Source of the DNA: Hydrurus foetidus
Taxonomy: Eukaryota
Length of the DNA: 38,815 bases
Reading direction: 5' to 3'
NCBI GenBank assembly: GCA_900617105.1
Contig: UYFQ01000030.1
Coordinates: forward strand, 1-38,815
In this document: one piece after another, positions 1 to 11,180 of the stretch
How positions within the stretch are numbered: position 1 is the first letter of the stretch
Layout: each line of letters starts with the position of its first letter
The notes under the pieces: model-generated
The model's input: the letters and a program-made list of their open reading frames with translations, nothing else
Database searches by the model: none
What the model was told of the DNA's origin: nothing
Made by a program: the position numbers and the translations under genes

Positions 1-3000
1 TCCTCTTCTTCTGCGTCTTCTAAGACCGCTGCTTCGTCAGCAGACACTACTCGTGTCGCGAAGAAACAAAAAGGTGACTACGTTTACAACCTTAATATGT
101 CGTCAATTGACAACCCTTCCGTTTCATCGGATAAACATCTTATCCCTTTCTTTATTTCTCATATTTCTCAGCAAACTTCGCTGGAAGAGAAAAATAGAGT
201 CTTCACTCTATTGGATACGGGATCGATCGCCAGCAATTTCATAGCTAGGCGTGTTATAAATAATCTTAACTTAACACAACATGTTTCTAAATCATCTAAG
301 AAAGCGTGTAAAGTTTGTAGTGGTTTAGATAATCATTGCTATGAAATTTCTGAAACCATCGACTTAAAACTTTCTTATTTTTGCCCTGATTTAAATAATT
401 ATTCTTCTTTCCAAATCACGGCTTATGTTTTAGAACAAACACAAATTGATCTGATAGTGGGAAGAAAAATTATACGAGATTTAGATCTATTCTCGATTTT
501 CCCAGATCAAATAAAATCAGCACTTCATCGCGACCAACCCCAATAAAGGGAGTCTCGACTTCTGAAGATGTGGTCATAACATGTGGCTGTCAGCCTGAAG
601 AGACTTTGCAAACCTCTAAAGGAACCCCAAAAGATCTTTCATTAACCCAAATGAAAGATCCGGCAGTCACCCAAACACATGTCATACTAGCTTCGTTAAT
701 TCAAGAGTCGGAACAACTATTTGGAGTTGTGCCGCCTGATGAAGATGAAATTGATGATTCATTAAATGACTCCTTTTCACCATGGATTAATGAATTTCTT
801 GATACAGATTCACTCTCGCTAATACACATAGCAGGTGATGAAGATCAGAAAAATAAACTCCGTTTACTATGTAACGAATTTAGGGATATATTTAGCAGTG
901 AGCTTCCGGCTAGCCCTGCTGATATCCCACCGTTTGAACTTAACGTGGATGACGTAAAATGGAAAGTCTCCCGTAATAGAACACCTCCTCGACCTCAATC
1001 CACTGCAAATCAAGCTGACATTATACGTCAACTCGCGAAACTTGAAGAGCAAGGGATTATCGAGAAATCAAATGCGGCTTATTACAGCCAAGTGCTTATG
1101 GTTCCAAAATCTGACGGAACCAAACGCATGTGTATAGATTATCTGAATGTATTCGCTACACTTGATCTCACTCAAGGATATCATCAAGCACCGCTTACAC
1201 TTGCAGCACGCGCATACACTGCATTCATACTTTTCTGTGGCGTGTATCAATTCACTCGTCTGCCCTTTGGGCCTAAACGAGCTCCTTCTTATTTTCAACA
1301 GACCATGGCAACTGTTGTATTAGCTGGATTGATTTACACTATTTGCGAAATGTACATTGATGATTGCAATGTTTTCGGCAAAGACGCTGACGAATTAGTT
1401 TTTAGACTCCATCTTGTTTTTCAACGCTTTCGACAACATAAAATATTTCTTAAACCAAATAAATGTTATCTTGGCTATTCCGAAATTGATTATGTTGGCA
1501 AAGTCCTTTCTGCTGAAGGACTAAAAATGTCACAAGAAAAAAAACGGCAAGTTTTAGATTTTCCAAAACCAGATATATCTAAACAACTTAAAAGTTTTTT
1601 AGGTTTGGTAAACTATTTTCACGATTTTATCAAAAATGCTTCAAGTGTACTCTATCCGTTACACCAGTTGCTTGTTGGTTATAATAAATCTAAAAAAATA
1701 GTTTGGACACCAGAAGCTGACTCAGCATTTGAATTAATCAAATCTGAAACTGCAAAATGCACGACAATGCACTTTTTAAGTGACACCGATCCGATTTATT
1801 TGCACACTGATGCATCAGATTACGGTGTTGGTGCTTATCTTTTTCAGTTAGTTGACAGTCAAGAGACGCCCGTAGCATTTGTTAGTAAATCACTTAACAA
1901 AGCTCAACTTAGGTGGGCAGTTATACAGAAAGAAGCATATGCTATTTTCTTTGCGTGCACGTATTTAAAATCGCTATTACGTGATCGGATGTTTACTTTA
2001 CGCACCGATCATCGTAACTTGTTATACATTAAAAATCATTCAAATCCAATGATTGTTCGTTGGCTTATGGCGTTATCAGAATTCTCATTTAAAATTGAAT
2101 TCATTTCTGGTGTTAACAATGACATAGCCGATTCGATGTCTCGACTCTGTCGTAACAACATGATTGACCATCCTCAAGAATATTCACTTGAGACAATCAT
2201 GTCTGCCAATATTATTGAAAAATTCAAACTGACTCGTGAACAATACAACACTATAAGTAATATACACAATTCACAAGTTGGTCACTTTGGTCTTGAGCGC
2301 ACTTTAAAGCGTCTCAAAGACAACAACAAGGTGTGGCAGTTTCAACGACAGCATGTCAGGTGGTTCATAGATCACTGTTCGTGTTGTCAAAAGATGAGCA
2401 TGTTAAAGATCCCAATTCATGCTCACGGCTTTTCGACTTCTACTTACACACCTATGGAGTGCCTTAACATAGACTTCGTAGGACCGTTTCCAGACGGCGG
2501 GTACGTACTCGTAATTATCGATACGTTCACAAGGTGGGTTGAGCTATTTCATACTAAAGATGCTTCGGCACTTTCGACAGCTCAATGCCTTTTGCAACAT
2601 TTCGGTCGTTTCGGCGCACCTCTCCAACTCCGTTCTGATAATGGGCCACACTTTATTGCCGAAGTTATCAAAGAGTTTTTAACTCTTATTGGCACTCAAC
2701 ATTGTTTAACGTTAGCTTATTCTAAAGAAGAAAACGCCATTGTTGAACGCATGAATAAAGAAGTTAATAGACACCTTCGTGCTTTAACTTACGATAACGT
2801 AACGCTTGATGATTATTCAACATCACTACCATTTGTGCAACGAATTTTAAATTCTAATCACAGTGATCGTTTAAAAATCTCTGCATCTCAATTGCTTTTC
2901 GGCAATATACTCAAATTAGACAGAGGAATATTTCTTCCTCCATCTGAGAGACTTGTTATTAATGACAAACCTTTGTCAACACGTATGAGCAATCTATTAG

Positions 3001-3438
3001 AAATACAAGATAGTCTTCTCAAAGCTTCTGCTAAAGAACTTCTTCGTACAGATTTACTTCACCAAAACCAATCTCAGATCTCTCAGCATATTGAGTACCC
3101 TCGCGACTCATATGTTCTTGTACATTATCGCGATGGATCACCTCCAACACGTCTTCATACGCATTGGAGAGGTCCCTTAAAAGTCGTCAGTGGCGAAAAT
3201 TCTCGTTACACTCTATACGATTTGATCACACAAAAAACAGCGGTATATCATGTATCTGCCATGAAACCGTTTCTGTATGATCCAGCGATTACAAATCCTG
3301 TTGATGTCGCGCGTCGTGACCATATGGAATACTTCGTAGAAGACATCCTTGATCACCGTGGACCTCATCAACGCTCCAAGATTGAGTTTTTAGTCAAATG
3401 GTTAAATTACCCTTCTGATAAAAAGACTTGGGAGCCTT
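1..3438 (+). pseudogene. pol: A gag C-terminus + pol (protease, RT, RNase H, integrase, start of chromodomain)
   Basis: LLDTGS protease; LDLTQGYHQ, LPFG, YIDD RT; TDASDYG RNase H; HHCC zinc finger; LNIDF/RSDNG/IVERMN DDE. One frameshift near 546, about 28 aa missing from RT near 1148 relative to C, cut at WEP by B. Confidence 0.93.
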
Positions 3439-3766
3439 TGTTACATACGTTGCTTCATATAAATCACACGTACGTACATACACAATACACGTCACTCGTA
3501 GCCACTAGTTTTTCAGATCAGTTTTCGGTTTCTGTCTGTTCGACAACTTCAACTCGAGACATACTCCATCGTAGCTAAACTCACGCTCTTTTCATTCCTA
3601 AAGTAACCAAAGTCACTAAAACCCAAGAACCAGTTCGACTCCTTTCAGTCAACCGACCATCTCGTCTGTTCCAGTTGTTCAGCGAGAGATCTCAGCTTAG
3701 CCCAATTGCGAAGCTGATCAACACGTTTCATCTTCAGTCAAGTCTCTGAAGCCGTGATACAGCATA
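3439..3766 (+). repeat. B 5' LTR (TG..TA)
   Basis: Identical by eye to 10849-11176. Confidence 0.96.
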
Positions 3767-3958
3767 AATATATATTTCTCGTTTACACGAAAAACGTCTA
3801 AATCTTAGATCCCTCAGTTGATTCAATCCTTGTACGCCAGCATCGCAGTGATCGCCCTGGCTCAGCGAGATTTTGAATCTCTGAGGTAATTTCAATACGA
3901 AACGAATTGTCCCGAAAAATCATTCAAGAAAAACAATTCTACAGTTTCTACATCTAAA

Positions 3959-5644
3959 ATGTCTGAAGGAAAAGGAAGCTTCAATCCTAAGAAGGAGGAG
4001 CCAAAGAAAGATGAATCCAAGAAGAAAATCGAGGTCGTTAAAGAAGATCCCGCTACAGATTCCAATTTCGAGCTCAAGCAGATGTTCGCTCAGTTTCTCA
4101 TCTTAAGCAAAGACAATCAATCGCGCAATACTATCGACATTCAAGAGCTGAGAGATGCAATCTTGGAATTGAAGAAAGGAAATTACCTATCTCCAATACT
4201 AGAAGAACTTACCGACACTCATACGCTCAATAGACCTCGTGGAGGCAGAAGATCTTCTATGTTTTTCGGAATGTCTCAACCACCATCTAGCCCCCTAGGA
4301 CCAACAACAGACACTAAGCCAAACATACAAGTGCTCCAAGCCGACATCGTCTACGATAAGGAACTCAAAGTTAGTTCACTAGAAGGCCTTCAATATCTGG
4401 CCCGGCAACTTCAGCTTCTATCTTCCAAATATCCTGGTCGCGAGATCAAGATGGCCCACATGGTCTCCTACAACCTGCGCCCACATGTTCTAGCATCGTG
4501 GAACTCATATAGATATCGAGAGTCTGTTATCAATGGCGCTGAGTCAAGTGAAATTATGGTTGAAGATTGGTTATCTCTAACTAACCCTGAAGTTCAAGAG
4601 ATCCTGGTGGAAGCTGCCCGACCCCGCACAAAAGAATTGTACTCCAAGGAAATCGTCATATTCCTTGGTAAAGGAATCCCTCAGACACCTCCAATAAACA
4701 CCGACAATTTCTCGAGCTCGTTCTATGCCCCACTGATGAAGTCACTCAACGACTTGCTCCATCTTTATGACCTGATGTCACCGGAAACTTCAAACCACAG
4801 TGCCAATAAATCCAAAATACCAGTACCTGGCTACGGTACCAGGGACAGTCCTGGCCAAATCGCCTTATGGCTTATATCCCTAGGCGCTCAAAAAGAAGCT
4901 GTACTTCAATGGCTAGGCAAGGATGAACTTATCAAGCACAAAACTATTGAAACAGCAGTCAAATTCATTCGATCTCGACTAATGGAAGGTCGGGCCCAAA
5001 GCGAAGCTCGTCAAGACTTCGACGCAAAACTCACCCCTATCCGTTATGAAGACCTTCGACACACCCAAGGCGAATCCCACACCCGCCTGCAGACATCCGC
5101 GGCAGGTCGTCCACCTTTCGTGACTCCTCGCAGACATGAGCACCGTCCACATCTGTCATCTCTCGTAACGTCCGCTCAACCACCGTCATACGCAATCGAC
5201 AACGAACACAATGATGATGACACTCCAGATGACGAAATCGATACTGATGCCTCAAGCATTCATGATGATATACATCATGACGACGATACCCTACTCGCTA
5301 TCAACTCAGACATTAATCGTTCCCGATCAGCTGTCAGCGACACCTATCGTGGATATTGCAGCGAACTATTCGTCTACGGCAAATGCTCACGCCAACATTC
5401 TGGTTGCACATTTGATCACTCAGCTGCCGGTCAAGAGCGCTGCATCCAATCATTCTCCCTCCTGACCAAACGAGAGTTACAGCAGCATGCGCAGCTAGAG
5501 CCCTGGTCAAAACAGAAACAAGAATCTACAAACGCAAATAAATCCGCAAACACATACGGTTCCAAGCATGTTGGCTCTCCACATAGCTCTGGATCTGTCC
5601 GGCCCTATGTACCGTCAACTTTGACTCGGCCATATCAGAAATGA
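3959..5644 (+). CDS. gag: B Gag (561 aa) with C-x8-C-x6-C-x3-H zinc finger
   Basis: First long ORF after the 5' LTR and upstream of the protease; CSELFVYGKCSRQHSGCTFDH. Confidence 0.85.
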   Translation: MSEGKGSFNPKKEEPKKDESKKKIEVVKEDPATDSNFELKQMFAQFLILSKDNQSRNTIDIQELRDAILELKKGNYLSPILEELTDTHTLNRPRGGRRSSMFFGMSQPPSSPLGPTTDTKPNIQVLQADIVYDKELKVSSLEGLQYLARQLQLLSSKYPGREIKMAHMVSYNLRPHVLASWNSYRYRESVINGAESSEIMVEDWLSLTNPEVQEILVEAARPRTKELYSKEIVIFLGKGIPQTPPINTDNFSSSFYAPLMKSLNDLLHLYDLMSPETSNHSANKSKIPVPGYGTRDSPGQIALWLISLGAQKEAVLQWLGKDELIKHKTIETAVKFIRSRLMEGRAQSEARQDFDAKLTPIRYEDLRHTQGESHTRLQTSAAGRPPFVTPRRHEHRPHLSSLVTSAQPPSYAIDNEHNDDDTPDDEIDTDASSIHDDIHHDDDTLLAINSDINRSRSAVSDTYRGYCSELFVYGKCSRQHSGCTFDHSAAGQERCIQSFSLLTKRELQQHAQLEPWSKQKQESTNANKSANTYGSKHVGSPHSSGSVRPYVPSTLTRPYQK

Positions 5645-8600
5645 GATTTTGCGAGGCCTTCGTTAGCTCACATGCACATCGAAGATCACCTCGCCGACCC
5701 TCATGACTACCCACTACAAAGTGTCTTCGACCCTGACAACATCTTAACAGAAGCCTTGCTCAGTCAGTTGGCAACCGCTACATCCACCTCGTCGCAACTG
5801 CTGTGCCAACCCTTCATTCGTTCCGGTACCGTTGTTACTAATACCAACCCAATTCTCTTCAGTCGTGGTCTACTTGATACGGGCGCTCAAGGCAGTAACT
5901 TCATCTCCCGTCAATTGTATGAAAGATTACCATCGTCTATAACTGACCTCAGCCGCTCAATTGACCGTGTTGTCCGTCTCGGCGATGCTCGCTCTTTATC
6001 AATTCAGTTGGAAGTTCCTCTCACACTTGGAATTCTCGATTCCACTAAGAATCTCCATCAACACACACTCTGGTATAGTGTCCTCGACGTTCTCAGCCAT
6101 GACATCATCATTGGCTTGGTCGATCTAATTGGACCTTTTACGAGCTTTTTGCTGATGCTGTCACAACGTCTCGTCACTTATCTATCACGTCTGGACTTGG
6201 GACGCACTTAGTAGACCTCACTGCTGCCGTTCAAACACTTCACAGTGACCGAAATCCTCACGATATAGTTCGAGCAACCCATTCGCTACAACGGCAAACT
6301 GCTACCTATCTCGACCGAAAATCTCGAATGTGCAATAGTACAAACACTCACATTCAGCTTCTTGCTCTCCAAGACGGCTCCATTACTGATGTTCTCAATC
6401 ATCCTCGCCTTGGCTACGTCTATGCTGATGATCGTGTTGAAACTAGGTATGATGCTTTGACCGCACTGCTCTGTTCACCCAGTCCTGGTGACATCATTCA
6501 ACCTTGGTCAAAGCCTATTGATTCCTTGGCTCCTGAGGAACTTGAGACTCCTGACCCAACGAGCTTCCCCGATGATATCCTCAATTATCTCACGACATCA
6601 CTAGATGAAGCTCGCGCCATCTACATTGCCGACCTTGAGACACATGTTACTCCCGCTATGCGCACCGCTTGCCCAGCCATCATAGAACTATTACAATCCG
6701 ACCTAGCATACGACGTATTTGTCCCAAGAACATGGAAAGGTATTGACATGCCTCCGGTACACCTTAGTGTCAAACCCGGCATGCCTGATTATCTCAAGGC
6801 TAGACCTCGCCCAATTCGAGAGGCTTTATTCCAAGATGCTAAAACAGAATTTGACCGCATGCAATCATACTTCTATGTAAAATCTACATCTCCAATTGCT
6901 TGCCCGCTCGTCATCGCACCCAAAGCTACTGCTCCCTACATACGATTCTGTGGAGACTATCGTGAAATTAATCCCTTCATCGAAATACCTCAAGAACCCA
7001 TTCCACATGTCCAACAGTCCTTAGCAAAGGCTGCCGGTTGGAAAATATTTGTTGACTTAGACATGACCAACTCATTCCATCAAATTCCCATCGACGAATT
7101 CAGTTCCAATCTCCTCTCTGTGTCTAACCCCTGGGGACTCTTCCGACCTAAGTTTCTCCCAGAAGGTGTTGGACCTGCGTCTGGAATTCTTCAGTCCATC
7201 GTCCGTCGCATTTTTGCTGATTTCGAAGCCTGGATTATAGTAATCTTTGACAATTTTCTTGTGCTGGCCTCTGATTACCAAGATGCTATTACAAAGCTCA
7301 AACTAGTACTTCATCGCTGCCAGATCAATGGCCTTATCCTTAAAATGAAGAAGTCATGGATCGGCACCGACGTCGTTACCTTCTTTGGTTATGAAGTTCA
7401 TCCCGGATCATGGCAACTCTCCGACACTCGCAAAGCGGCTATATCCTCCATGATCTTTCCTACCACGCAAAAACAAATGCAGAGTTTCTTAGGAGCTGCA
7501 AATTTTTTCCATACACATATCCCCAACTTTGCTTCCTGGGCGTCGGCGCTATACGAATGCACTGTCTCTGGCTTCAACTGGGATCCCTCAACATGGAAGA
7601 CAGACTACAAGAAACTCTTTGACCTCTTCAAGACAGCAATCACACAGTCTGTCACCTTGCACTTTCCCGACTACACTCTGCCTTGGGTCGTCCGCTCTGA
7701 CTCCTCCGACCATGCAGTAGGCGCAGTTCTTTTTCAGGAATTCACCGACTCCAACGGAGCTATCATACATCAGCCGATAGCATTTGCATCCCACAAATAC
7801 TCAGGCGCTGCCATCAATTGGGACACCTTCAAACAAGAAGCTTACGCATTGTACTTTTCAATCATTCAGTTTGGCTACTACCTACGCGGTAAACCATTCC
7901 TCCTTGAAACAGATCACCGTAACCTCGTCTGGATTGAAAGCAGTCAGGTCCCCATTGTCGTTCGCTGGCGTGTCCTCCTCCAGAGCTATATTTTCGAAGT
8001 TCGACACATTCCAGGAAAAGACAATACCGTAGCTGACTGGCTCTCACGCATGTACCCCATACATACTGCATCACCCTCTCTCTCTGCGATCTCAACTCCT
8101 ACCACCATCACTGACATGTTTAACGCTGTACATGGTGGTCGCTCCCTCCATCATGGTGCCAAGCGGACGTACTTAGCTCTCTGTCGACGTTTCCCTGGCC
8201 ATGGCATTCCTCTCAGAGTAGTCCAGGATCTTGTCACTGAGTGTCCTCTATGCCAAAAGGATCGACTTCCAATACAAACCATCGAACACAACGAAGTCCG
8301 TGAAACATTATTTCACCACCCACGATCTATCGGTATAGATCATGTCACTATCACTCCACCGGATGAAGACGGATACATTGGTCTACTACTTGTTGTTGAA
8401 CTTGATACGAAGTTTCCTCAAGCCTACCCCATCCGAGATTACACAGCGTATACTGCTGCCACTGTTCTCTTCAAACACTATTGCACATTTGGTACCTACG
8501 ACTCCCTCTACTCAGACCCTGGCAGTGCCTTCACTGCTACTGTCCTCGAACATCTCAACCATTGGATCGGTATCCCTCATCATGTTTCCCTCGTTGGCCG

Positions 8601-9405
8601 ACACGAATCCAACGGCACTGAACACGTTAATGGACTCTTCCTGGGTCACCTTCGCAGACTTGTCCATGATGAACGATTCACCACCAGATGGGCTTCTGAT
8701 ACAGTCCTACCTCTCATCAACCATGCAATGATGACACTGCCCAACACTGAAATTGGCGGTCTCTCGCCTGCTGAACTCAAATTTGGCACTCAAGATTATG
8801 CCCGATTCCAGCTGCCACCTCCACTATCACCGGGTCACACCTACAGTGATCTCGTAATTGCCCTCGACCGTAACCTTGCCATCGTCCGATCAATCACCTC
8901 TGAGTACCAAAACTCACTCCGTCAGCGCCGCCAGTGTGCTATGCCATCCGATTCCCACAATGTCTTCCAACCCGGTGACCACATCCTCTGGAACCCGTTA
9001 GAAACACCCCAATCGTTCCGCTCCAGCAAACTGTCTCCAAAACTCCTTGGTCCATATGAAGTAATTCAACAAATCAAGAACGATATTAGTTGCCGACATG
9101 TTGTGACAAACATCGTTTCCAAACTTCATGCAAGTCGAGTTACTCCTTACTTCGGCTCCCCTGCAACTGCGTACACTACAGCTCTCCTTGACCGTGATGA
9201 ATACATCATCGATTTGATTGTCACTCACCGAGGCAATCCAAAGAAAGTGTCCACACTCGAATTCCTTGTTCGCTGGCAAAATTACTCCGCAATCCATGAC
9301 ACCTGGGAACCATGGATGGAAATGAAAAACACATCAGCAGTTCACCTATACCTAAAAACAAATAACATGAAACACATAATACCAAAACAATTCACAAAAG
9401 ACTAA
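5645..9405 (+). CDS. pol: B Pol: protease, RT, RNase H, integrase, chromodomain; in frame with gag after TGA; one 1-nt frameshift at a T run near 6136-6139
   Basis: LLDTGAQGSNFIS; CGDYREIN, DLDMTNSFHQI, VIFDNFLV; RSDSSD, ETDHRN, VADWLSR; H..H..CPLC, IGIDH/YSDPG/NGTEH; EFLVRWQNYSAIHDTWEP. Confidence 0.93.
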
Positions 9406-9577
9406 CCTGCAACTTTCCGACTTTACACACTGCTTAACTCATGTTTAACCCCTGATTTATGTTGTGACTTGTTTAGTCCGGTATCACGCGGGGCCTCAGG
9501 TATATACCACACCCTTCATTTTACCATTCTGACAAATCACAAGGGTGTTACCCCGACAATCAATAATTTTTTTGATC

Positions 9578-10432
9578 TTATAATTCATACAATTCAAACT
9601 CATAACATAAACACAAATCCTCCATGCGATCAACCATGTTATGAGCAGTATATTTCTTCATGCCATATGTACACCCATTGTCCACAATCATCGTCGCATC
9701 CGGATTCTCTTCCACTCTAATGCCTATCGCGTGATCAATTGTTTTCAGTCCAAGTGCATATTTTCCCCATTCCTCCACGACTTGTGCTTCCGTCAATGTG
9801 TTCAAATGCTGCATCCATTTCTTGTGCTTATCAGTTGCCCATCTCGTCTTCCCCAAAATCACAAACTTCTTTCCTGCCTTATTCAAAACAGTTTTCTTCA
9901 AACTATTAACATCCCAGCCCAACCCAGACTTCATATTCATCCCCGTCCTCTTCCACGTGAACTTGACATCCTTTCCTCTTGCCTGATTATTCTCAACAAT
10001 TCTCCACAAAACCTTCAGTACCTCATGACTATTCACCCCTTTCAACAGAGTTCTCCCCTGTCCTCCTATAACTGATATGATTAAGTCCCTTGGATCTATA
10101 CTCCCACCACATGTTAAAAGATCTTTTCCTACAGCATCTAATACGTTAAACACCGCGAACATCATGCACTGATTCTCTGTCTTTGGCCACAGCACAATAT
10201 TCTCTTTCTCAATAACACCCCTAATTGCTTGTGCTCTTGCATTCGCTTCTGCCTTCGCTTTTGCCTTCACTTCTGCTTTCGCTTTCGCTATTGCTATTGC
10301 GACCCTCTTCTCCTCCGCTTTCGCTATCGCTTCTGGTGTTGCATCTGCTATCGCTTTCGCCAATGCTTTCGCCACTAACTTCAATGCTGCTTTCGCTGCT
10401 TTTGCCTCTGGAGTTGCAACAGCCCTTCCCAT
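9578..10432 (-). CDS. Antisense accessory ORF inside B (284 aa from ATG; 292 aa from upstream TTG); Ala/Lys-rich N-terminus plus putative papain-fold cysteine peptidase domain
   Basis: Uninterrupted ORF between pol stop and PPT; motifs NQCMMFAVFN ... DHAIGI ... IVDNG. Function is inferred from motif pattern only. Confidence 0.7.
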   Translation of the reverse strand: MGRAVATPEAKAAKAALKLVAKALAKAIADATPEAIAKAEEKRVAIAIAKAKAEVKAKAKAEANARAQAIRGVIEKENIVLWPKTENQCMMFAVFNVLDAVGKDLLTCGGSIDPRDLIISVIGGQGRTLLKGVNSHEVLKVLWRIVENNQARGKDVKFTWKRTGMNMKSGLGWDVNSLKKTVLNKAGKKFVILGKTRWATDKHKKWMQHLNTLTEAQVVEEWGKYALGLKTIDHAIGIRVEENPDATMIVDNGCTYGMKKYTAHNMVDRMEDLCLCYEFELYEL

Positions 10433-10848
10433 TGTCGCTCCGTAATCTGCTATCAATATCTCACTATATCAAATGCCAATGTCAACTCTATACTCAATCT
10501 GTTCTATATTCACTCTTGTATGTATGAAATTGTGAATCTCTGATTGATTTGATCAATGTATATATCGCTCAAACTGTCAGTTCGTTTTTTGTTTTTGTAT
10601 ATTTTCGATCAGTACACGTCACAAAAAAAAAAAACGTCATTGTCGGTTTCAACTGACGCTGCCTTCCAGTAGGCTCAAAACACTTAAGGTCGCGTGTTCG
10701 ATTCCTTAGAAAAGGCCTAATAATTTTCTAATCACCTAATTCAGCTTTTATAGCGATACCTTGTACTTGACGAACTCACTGAGATGTAGCTAATGCATTG
10801 TATTTATTTATTGTCAACTATAATATATTTAAACCGAAAGGGGGGTGG

Positions 10849-11176
10849 TGTTACATACGTTGCTTCATATAAATCACACGTACGTACATACACAATACAC
10901 GTCACTCGTAGCCACTAGTTTTTCAGATCAGTTTTCGGTTTCTGTCTGTTCGACAACTTCAACTCGAGACATACTCCATCGTAGCTAAACTCACGCTCTT
11001 TTCATTCCTAAAGTAACCAAAGTCACTAAAACCCAAGAACCAGTTCGACTCCTTTCAGTCAACCGACCATCTCGTCTGTTCCAGTTGTTCAGCGAGAGAT
11101 CTCAGCTTAGCCCAATTGCGAAGCTGATCAACACGTTTCATCTTCAGTCAAGTCTCTGAAGCCGTGATACAGCATA
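10849..11176 (+). repeat. B 3' LTR
   Basis: Follows GAAAGGGGGGTGG PPT; identical to 5' LTR. Confidence 0.96.
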
Positions 11177-11180
11177 CCTT

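Larger units (their letters stand above)
3439..11176 (+). mobile_element. Element B: complete, very young, divergent Ty3/Gypsy chromodomain LTR retrotransposon (7738 bp)
   Basis: Identical 328-bp LTRs; 4-bp TSD CCTT (3435-3438 / 11177-11180); removing B restores A's WEPYSNLQDVDK; PPT just before 10849. Confidence 0.96.

Noticed and set aside
3435..3438. Target-site preference for CCTT/AAGG
   Set aside because: Other TSDs or flanks (GAAG, AGCG, TGCA, GCAC, CTTG, ACGG) do not share it; sample too small
3439..3578. C-terminal extension of the 1002-aa ORF
   Set aside because: Read-through into B's LTR; the true end of A pol is at 11181-11266
6130..6145. Programmed -1 frameshift between B protease and RT
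   Set aside because: No in-frame X XXY YYZ heptamer; adding one T to the run restores GPFYELF. Similar 1-nt homopolymer losses at about 540, 16225, 18205 and 24865 point to long-read error or decay
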